Positions 1-5,847 of a DNA stretch of 20,443 nucleotides are shown piece by piece. A program made the position numbers and the translations under genes. The DNA lies in NCBI GenBank assembly GCA_027001645.1, contig JALTMP010000137.1:1-20443 (forward strand). Reading direction: 5' to 3'. Within the stretch, counting starts at the first letter, position 1; every line of letters starts with the position of its first letter. This stretch comes from Candidatus Heimdallarchaeota archaeon (GTDB taxonomy: Archaea > Asgardarchaeota > Heimdallarchaeia > Heimdallarchaeales > JAJRWK01). Below the pieces are notes generated by a model, which did no database searches, had not been told where the DNA came from, and was given only the letters and a program-made list of their open reading frames with translations.

Positions 1-340
1 TCCCTTCTGTACTGTATCCGGGTATTCCTACCATTGACCAATTTCGCAAGGTCGTGTTCATTGAAAGCAATCTATGCCCGATTGGCTCAAAATAAGCCGA
101 ACTTGGATCATATTGTTTTTCAACCCAGTAAGGACGAGGAAGGCCTTGGCTAACTTCAAACACAGCTGTATTGGCCCAAGCACGAGCAATAAGCAAGGAA
201 GCAGCTGGTATCAATTCTTTAGGAATATTGATTTCAGAGGGAAGGCCCATTTTTTCTGCCACGTCCAAATACGCAAAGCTATGAGGATGCAAGTTTCCAA
301 TTCTTGCTACTAAATCTAAAGCCCTTTTTTTCAATCCCAT
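1..340 (-). CDS. Hypothetical protein, N-terminal 113 codons; the gene runs off the left edge of the window. It is not in the supplied ORF track because there is no stop codon inside the window.
   Basis: ATG at 340-338 on the minus strand. I translated the frame by hand to position 2 and found no stop. The product reads MGLKKRALDLVARIGNLHPHSFAYLDVAEKMGLPSEINIPKELIPAASLLIARAWANTAVFEVSQGLPRPYW..., which has protein-like composition, unlike the overlapping plus-strand ORF 74..313. Family not recognised. Confidence 0.5.
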   Translation of the reverse strand, partial: MGLKKRALDLVARIGNLHPHSFAYLDVAEKMGLPSEINIPKELIPAASLLIARAWANTAVFEVSQGLPRPYWVEKQYDPSSAYFEPIGHRLLSMNTTLRNWSMVGIPGYSTEG

Positions 341-475
341 GGGGAAAACAAAAGATCGTAGATATTAGAATTTAGCGCGTAATCACGGAAAAACAATAAA
401 TTTGGAATTGTCTTGCGTGATAAATTTCTGTAACAATAAACAGAGTCCAAGAGACGTATTTCGCGAAAGTGAAAT

Positions 476-485
476 AGAAATTATA
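476..485 (+). promoter_or_regulatory. TATA-like box (aattataagg) upstream of the RHH ORF.
   Basis: A/T box 27-36 nt upstream of the ATG at 512, matching the usual archaeal TATA-to-start spacing. Confidence 0.3.
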
Positions 486-511
486 AGGTAAAGAAACACA
501 GTTGGTTCTGA

Positions 512-655
512 ATGAAACTCATAAGTGTGAAGCTTAACGAAGAGCAACATCAGGGGCTCACCAAGTTAATTAAGAAAGGGCTGTATCCCTCTAAATCTGA
601 AGCTATTCGGGTGGCGATTCGTGACCTAATCCTTCGAGAAAAAGGAAAATACTAA
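512..655 (+). CDS. 47-aa ribbon-helix-helix (CopG/Arc/MetJ-like) DNA-binding protein. It is not in the ORF track because it is under 60 aa.
   Basis: Hand translation gives MKLISVKLNEEQHQGLTKLIKKGLYPSKSEAIRVAIRDLILREKGKY. An N-terminal beta-strand (KLISVKL) followed by two helices with the SKSEAIRVAIRDLI signature is typical of RHH regulators and antitoxins. A TATA-like box at 476-485 lies about 27 nt upstream and there is no Shine-Dalgarno motif, consistent with a leaderless transcript. Confidence 0.55.
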   Translation: MKLISVKLNEEQHQGLTKLIKKGLYPSKSEAIRVAIRDLILREKGKY

Positions 656-679
656 TCGGATCGTCTAAAATCTCTGGGC

Positions 680-725
680 TCGCCCCGCATGTTTCAATCA
701 CTTATAAATTGGCGAGCGCTTTTTA
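680..725 (+). terminator. Inverted repeat (GCTCGCC ... GGCGAGC) followed by a T-run, downstream of the RHH ORF.
   Basis: gggctcgcc ... ggcgagcgctttttatt at roughly 676-727; a stem of about 7 bp with a loop of about 30 nt, then T5. Confidence 0.3.
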
Positions 726-999
726 TTACGGTGTGTGATATGTCATGAATCTTAAAAAATCTTGGTTGTCGCTTCTTAGAATTGATAAAATATGAGTTAT
801 GAGGCCATTCTCCACTCAAAATGCATAGTTTCCAGAGGAATACTTGTTTTTGGATCGTTTCTCATCACAATTCTACGTCTCAGTGATTAGTCGTATAGTT
901 AAATCGAATAAGTTAAATAGGGTTGAAGCATTCTTATTATGCACGGATAAACCCTTCACAATGATAAGGATATAAAAAACAATTAAAAAAGGTGATCAC

Positions 1000-1269
1000 A
1001 TGGAATTCTGCGAAGAATGTGACGGTCTGCTCGTCCCTCGCCGAGACAAGAAGTCCAAGAAGATGATGCTCGTATGCCAGGTCTGTGGCAAAAAGTATGA
1101 TGCCGAGAAGAAAAAGGAAGAATACGAACTCCGAGAGCAAATCAAACATAAAGAGAATGAAAAACTCGAAGTAGTCGCAGACATGGACGAAGAATTCAAG
1201 ATTTCCGAGGAAGAGCGAGAAGAATTACTAGAGCAGTATAGAGAAACATTAGAACTATTTGAATACTAA
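1000..1269 (+). CDS. Small zinc-ribbon protein with an RPB9/TFS-type N-terminal C4 ribbon and an acidic helical tail.
   Basis: MEFCEECDGLL ... CQVCGK gives CxxC-x17-CxxC, with an FCxxC motif as in RNA polymerase subunit M/TFS N-terminal ribbons. The C-terminal half is E/K-rich and lacks the second (TFIIS-type) ribbon. A strong Shine-Dalgarno motif, aggtgatca, sits at 990-998. T-rich tracts lie downstream at 1293-1350. Confidence 0.7.
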   Translation: MEFCEECDGLLVPRRDKKSKKMMLVCQVCGKKYDAEKKKEEYELREQIKHKENEKLEVVADMDEEFKISEEEREELLEQYRETLELFEY

Positions 1270-1410
1270 AAGGGCAACCACAAAACAAGATGTTATTTTT
1301 GTTTTCTTCGCATCTTTTTTGCCAAGCTCAGAGCAATTTTCCCACATTTGTTCCTTTTTTTTCCATTTCTTTCATTTGTTCTTGAGAACATTAGCTGACA
1401 ATAGATGGAA

Positions 1411-2349
1411 TTAGAGTCTAGGAATATACAAGAAGACAATCAATACTGCCGAGATCACAAAAGGATATACAGAGCCCTTATTGAAGGCATTTAATGCTTG
1501 TTCCAAGGACGGAATTCTAATGAGGCGTAGTTGGGGAAGAAACATGAACCAAATTCCTGCAATAGTAGAAACAATGGCGTAAAATAAGCCGAGATCCGCA
1601 TAATATGCTACCATAAGGTTGGCAATGATTACAAGTAATGAAAATAAGCAAGTAACCCAAGCAGCGATTTTTAGACCCATGACGCTAGGAAGGGTCTTAA
1701 TTCCTAGGGACTGGTCCTCTTCAATATCTGAGAAATCATTCACTATGTTTCTTCCACCAATCTCCCACGCAAAGAAAAGTAAGAACAGAGAGCCAACTAC
1801 GCCCAGACTGACTTGTTCTGAACTAACTACTGCAAAGTAGCCGGCAAGAGCCCCACACGCAACCATCGCTCCTGTGGCGAGGAATTTCAAATACGTGATT
1901 TTCTTTAGCTTACAGTAAACTGTCTCTAAAGCAACCGATATCCAGAAGAGATACATGCTTATTGGATTCAATAAATACGCAAGAAAGGAAGCCACCATGA
2001 AATTGAACAGTATCCACACGACTTGTTGTCTAAATGAAATAATCCCTTGAGCATAAGGATGTCTTACTATGAAAGTGTCAATGTCGAATCCTTCTATTGT
2101 TCTTAAGTTTGAAAACCGATCTCGATCAACATCGATATCCCAAAAATCATTCAAGGCGAATACAGCAAAAAAACCTGCAGCAGCTGCTGGTATGGCAATT
2201 GTGAGAGTAAGAAGATCCGGAAAATGCTTCAAAGCAACTAGAGCTGCAAAACCAGGTTGAGCAATTGAAAGAATTGCCTGTATTGGTCTTGATGATGCAA
2301 AGACAGCCTTTACCTTTGTAGGCTTATGATCTATGAGAGTTTTGCTCAT
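1411..2349 (-). CDS. UbiA-superfamily aromatic prenyltransferase (integral membrane protein).
   Basis: The first Asp-rich motif is NDFWDIDVDRDR and the second is NDFSDIEED; there are multiple hydrophobic helices. The ORF track starts at TTG 2376. I prefer the in-frame ATG at 2349, which has GGAGG 7 nt upstream (cctGGAGGaaaaaccATG), giving 312 aa. The stop is TAA at 1411-1413. Confidence 0.85.
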   Translation of the reverse strand: MSKTLIDHKPTKVKAVFASSRPIQAILSIAQPGFAALVALKHFPDLLTLTIAIPAAAAGFFAVFALNDFWDIDVDRDRFSNLRTIEGFDIDTFIVRHPYAQGIISFRQQVVWILFNFMVASFLAYLLNPISMYLFWISVALETVYCKLKKITYLKFLATGAMVACGALAGYFAVVSSEQVSLGVVGSLFLLFFAWEIGGRNIVNDFSDIEEDQSLGIKTLPSVMGLKIAAWVTCLFSLLVIIANLMVAYYADLGLFYAIVSTIAGIWFMFLPQLRLIRIPSLEQALNAFNKGSVYPFVISAVLIVFLYIPRL

Positions 2350-2525
2350 GGTTTTTCCTCCAGGATAGGAAGACAAGATTGTTGAATCGTTTGATTTAGG
2401 GTAAGCATTGTCCTTAAGTCATTTCTTCATATCTCTTACTTTGTCAGAAAAAAGTTACTACACAATGTAATCATGAGATAGTGAGAGGATTAACAAGATG
2501 GTTAAAAAACTCAAGCTTAGGCGTT

Positions 2526-3365
2526 TTATTGACGCATTTTGCGTTTTTTTGCCATGTATTGGTATTTCTTTTTTCTTGCATTAAGAGTCAGTAATCCTGC
2601 AAGAGGGACAAAAACCCCTCCAGCTAAGCTTCCCATCAAAAATCTTGGAACGAAGACCAAGAAGCGTTTGAGAGAAAAAGGTTCTTTGACATCTTCCTTT
2701 TTGGGTCCTAGTTCAAGTGGTGATTTGCCTGGTTTTGGTTTTCTCCCAACAATAGCAATGCCGTAACCCTTGCCCTCGTACCATTCTGGGGCAATGAATT
2801 TGATTTTGATATCGACAAATCCGGCGCGCTTGTACCATGTGAGGTAATCTTGTACAGTGGGGAAAAGCATGAAAATATTGGAAATAGCCCGCGTAAATGC
2901 ATTGCTTGTAATAATGGGTCCAATAAGGAGGGCAAATCCACCCGGTTTAATGACGCGATAAGCTTCGCAAATCCCGCGTTGGGGTTCTGGCCAATACTCA
3001 ATGCTTCCTGCAGACACATACCGGTCAAATGAGTCGTCAGGGAATGGCAAGTCTTCAGCATCGCCTATTTTTTTCTTCACTTTGTCAAGGGATTTCTTTT
3101 TAAGGGCTTTTTCTAATTGGTAGGGATTCTGGTCTACCATGACAACGTTTTCTGGCTTTACGCGCTGAACAATTCCTTCAGTTGTAAACCCAGTACCTGC
3201 TCCTACATCAATAACAGTTAACTCTGGATTATCAAAATACCCTAAATCCAAAGCTTCCTCTCTCATTGGCTCATTCCAGAAGAAGGGATTTACCCATTCA
3301 TCGTAGATTCTTGAAAGAAACCTGTAAAACCAAAATGCTTCTTTCTTATGTTGAAGATATCGCAT
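2526..3365 (-). CDS. Class I SAM-dependent methyltransferase, a close homologue of plant-type VTE3 (MPBQ/MSBQ prenylquinol C-methyltransferase), with a C-terminal membrane anchor.
   Basis: SAM motif I VIDVGAGTG, post-I VMVDQNP, motif II DRYVSAGSIEYWP, and motif III VIKPGG. The N-terminal block QHKKEAFWFYRFLSRIYDEWVNPFFWNEPMREEAL and the C-terminal SPLELGPKKEDVKEPF...hydrophobic tail match, from memory, the Arabidopsis VTE3/APG1 sequence along its whole length. Confidence 0.85.
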   Translation of the reverse strand: MRYLQHKKEAFWFYRFLSRIYDEWVNPFFWNEPMREEALDLGYFDNPELTVIDVGAGTGFTTEGIVQRVKPENVVMVDQNPYQLEKALKKKSLDKVKKKIGDAEDLPFPDDSFDRYVSAGSIEYWPEPQRGICEAYRVIKPGGFALLIGPIITSNAFTRAISNIFMLFPTVQDYLTWYKRAGFVDIKIKFIAPEWYEGKGYGIAIVGRKPKPGKSPLELGPKKEDVKEPFSLKRFLVFVPRFLMGSLAGGVFVPLAGLLTLNARKKKYQYMAKKRKMRQ

Positions 3366-3504
3366 TCAATATGTTTTTCTGGGTTCTCTTGAAATTCTTT
3401 TCCATGGAAAAATATTTTCGAAGCCTTCGAAAAAGGGCTTCACCAATAGGCAAAAATATATCTGATTTAGACATATCCCAGATTAGAACAACCGGTGATT
3501 TTTA

Positions 3505-4218
3505 TTGATTGAAAACTTATGGATAATTAGCAAAGGTGGCCTGCCCTACTTTGAACTGCGGCCAGCTAAATCTGGAACCGAAAAGGTTTTGCTTTCAGGA
3601 TTTTTAACTGCAGTCGAATCTTTTGTCAGAGAGGCTACAGACAATGAAATAGAATCAATTAATCTGAGCAAAAAACGGTTCACTTATTCAATTGACAAGG
3701 ATCTCATTTTCGTTATTTGCACCGATGAGGACGCTAATCAGTTGATGATCAATAGATTTGTAGAAGTTGTGAAAAAGGAATTCTGGAAGAAGTATCGCAA
3801 AGAAATTAGCACAGATCTAATCGATTATGCTGTTTTCGACTCTTTCTCTGAAGTTGTTGAGAAAATGATTTCAGAAACAGATTTTATTCTTCATTGTGAC
3901 ACTTGCGGAAAACTGATCCCAGACGAGTTTATCTCACTTTCAGAAGGAAACGAGAGGTATTACTATTGTTGTCAGTCATGTTATACTGAAGGTCTCAGAA
4001 ACCATTCCAAGTCTTCATCGATGATTGCTGGTTCTTTCCTTATGTGTCAAAAATGCGGGTACACAAAGCCTGTTCCAGTACATTGCGATACGCCCATGCA
4101 TGTGGAAATCATTGATGAGGAGCCAAAACTCGTCTGTCATATGGGGCCTTCTTGTGCAGTGCAAGATGTTCCATCTCACTGCGGTGTTGGAATGAGACTC
4201 ATACTCACCACCTCATGA
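3505..4218 (+). CDS. Fusion protein: N-terminal roadblock/LC7/MglB-like alpha/beta domain plus a TRASH-type Cys4 metal-binding motif and a second Cys/His cluster.
   Basis: Residues 1-125 have the roadblock-like pattern ISKGGLPYF...LLSGFLTAVESF...INLSKKRFTY...LIFVICTDE. The TRASH motif is CDTC-x20-CCQSC (C-x2-C-x20-C-x3-C) at nt 3895-3984. The second cluster is CQKC-x10-C-x16-CH-x4-C at nt 4045-4158. The start is TTG 3505 with GGTGA 6 nt upstream; the frame opens just after TGA at 3496-3498 and the first in-frame ATG would delete half the N-terminal domain. Confidence 0.75.
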   Translation: MIENLWIISKGGLPYFELRPAKSGTEKVLLSGFLTAVESFVREATDNEIESINLSKKRFTYSIDKDLIFVICTDEDANQLMINRFVEVVKKEFWKKYRKEISTDLIDYAVFDSFSEVVEKMISETDFILHCDTCGKLIPDEFISLSEGNERYYYCCQSCYTEGLRNHSKSSSMIAGSFLMCQKCGYTKPVPVHCDTPMHVEIIDEEPKLVCHMGPSCAVQDVPSHCGVGMRLILTTS

Positions 4219-4518
4219 ATGCGTTGATGGGTTTGTAGAGGTAATTTTCCTATTTCATTAACCCTTAAACTGAGCATGTGTGAGTTTGGATATATTCTTT
4301 GGGTTTTGCTTTAGCAAAAATATTGTAAATACTGTCACCAAGCTTTTTCATTTTGCTGCATTCATATTCCAAAGCTCCATCTCATTATCCCTAACTACAG
4401 CGATCAAGTCTTCCGAGGAAATAACGGTGAAGGTTTGAAAAGAAATAGTGTGTCTTGTTCCACATTGTCAACAAGAATATAGCGAGAATATTTTTGGATC
4501 AATGAATAATGCCCTACT

Positions 4519-5517
4519 GTGAAGAAGATTACCCGAATTGAGATATAGAATTTCAAATCTCTAAGAAAAGTGGAACTTCAGCCTAGAAGAGTTAATGTTG
4601 TGATTGGGGAGCCAGACACTGGAAAATCAAATCTTGTTGAAGTCTTCAAATTGATATATTATCTTAATGAGGGAAGAGATCTTAGAGAATTGGTAAGATT
4701 TAATGATGTTTCTGAGCTGTTTTATAATCTTGACCTCAGCTTAGGTATCAAAATAAGAGTCAATCATGGAACCATAATTCAAGGAGGATTTAAGGATCCG
4801 TATTTACATTTTCAAAGCTTCATTGCTGAAGATGGGAGCAAGCGAATCCTATTCCGACAAATATTGGGTTCAGTAGGGAGAGCTACTAGGGTACAGAACG
4901 ATTCTGAGTTTGAGGAATCTGTACTAACCGGAATAAAGCCTTACAAGTTTTCCCATGATCAGACCATCTCCAGGTTGAAACCAATAGGATATCTTTTACC
5001 TGTGGAGGGCAGTAATTTATATTCTGTCGTATTTAACAATAAAAAATTGAAGGACTTCATTAAAGATCTCGTTAAAGAATTCGGCTATGAACTAATATTC
5101 GACAAAAGAACTAGGTCTTTTGCAGTCGAAAGAAGAATTCAAGATGTTCGCGTTTTGTTCCCATACTCTGTTCTTCCAAATACCCTTCAAGCAATGATCT
5201 TTCATACTGTAGCAGTTTATTCCAATAGAGATAGTTTTATCGTTCTTGACGAACCTGGAAAACTTCTCTTTCCAACATATATCAAAAGGTTAAGCGAACA
5301 AATTGCGCGCGATAAGGCGAATCAATATTTGATCACAACACATAATCCTAATTTTCTAATCCCGCTAATAGAAAAAACTCCAAATAGGGATTTGAATGTC
5401 CTTGTTGCGGTTCGTACCCGAGATAATGCAACATCATTCAAAGAATTCGATGTAGAGAAAATGATCAATGAACTGGACACAGATCCATTCTTTAACCTAA
5501 ACAGATATACCAAATGA
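4519..5517 (+). pseudogene. ABC-type (AAA_21/AAA_15-like, SMC/RecF-fold) ATPase whose conserved N-terminal strand is interrupted by an in-frame TAG at 4546-4548. The uninterrupted ORF (4570..5517, GTG start, 315 aa) lacks that strand.
   Basis: Reading from GTG 4519 gives (M)KKITRIEI*NFKSLRKVELQPRRVNVVIGEPDTGKSNLVE. This is the canonical I-x-NF(K/R)S N-terminal beta-strand followed by Walker A (GEPDTGKS). Walker B is FIVLDEP and the H-loop is LITTHNP. TAG is used as a real stop by several other genes in the window. Non-coding flanks are about 300 bp on the left and 330 bp on the right. The same frame reopens after the stop (TGA TTG TAA) for 41 protein-like codons (5524-5646). Confidence 0.55.
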
Positions 5518-5847
5518 TTGTAAGGAGAAACAATCGTAGTCGAAGCACCAGAATATGGAGTATTTGTAGAATGGTATGACGGTGAATTTTTCATAAAGCA
5601 GTTTGATAATCAAGGATTGGCTATTGAATACCCACTACTTCAAGGATAAAGAAAGAATTATGCCTGAATCAAAAGAGGAGAACCTACTAATCATCGCCCT
5701 ATCTTGGCTAGAGTCCAAAGTGGCATGTGTGTTTTACTTGCAGTCAGCAAACATGATTTTGGATTTAAAATCGCATGAATCTCTTCTTCTTTGCTGAAAC
5801 GATAAATGCAAAAACTATTCCTCGAAGAATGATTTAGTTGTGGTATT

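Noticed and set aside
74-313. Plus-strand 79-aa ORF in the ORF track.
   Set aside because: It has low-complexity, non-protein-like composition. It lies entirely inside the more convincing minus-strand ORF 1..340, so it is a shadow frame.
792-890. 32-codon ORF (MSYEAILHSKCIVSRGILVFGSFLITILRLSD) downstream of the RHH gene as a possible toxin partner.
   Set aside because: It has no Shine-Dalgarno or TATA support at the right distance and no recognisable toxin fold. It is too short and hydrophobic to call.
937-1199. Minus-strand ORFs 937..1149 and 996..1199.
   Set aside because: They are antisense shadows of the zinc-ribbon gene 1000..1269; the S/F-rich translations are not protein-like.
2374-2376. 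TTG start proposed by the ORF track for the UbiA gene.
   Set aside because: The in-frame ATG at 2349 has a GGAGG Shine-Dalgarno motif 7 nt upstream. The TTG has none.
1619-3508. Small plus-strand or overlapping ORFs (1619..1840, 2069..2260, 2539..2766, 2708..3061, 2850..3032, 3266..3508).
   Set aside because: All lie inside or antisense to the UbiA and methyltransferase genes, which have strong motif support. None has recognisable features.
4546-4548. The in-frame TAG in the ATPase gene as a pyrrolysine (amber-recoding) codon.
   Set aside because: TAG terminates the NfeD-like, flotillin and 19549 genes in this same window, so it is a normal stop here. The codon replaces a position that is usually Lys/Glu, so a single AAG to TAG nonsense mutation is the simpler explanation. 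Recoding cannot be fully excluded without the rest of the genome.
5603-5797. 64-aa ORF (TTG start) / 45-aa ORF from ATG 5660 downstream of the ATPase.
   Set aside because: It has no recognisable family and an odd composition, with a weak start context. I treat it as part of the decaying region rather than as a supported gene.
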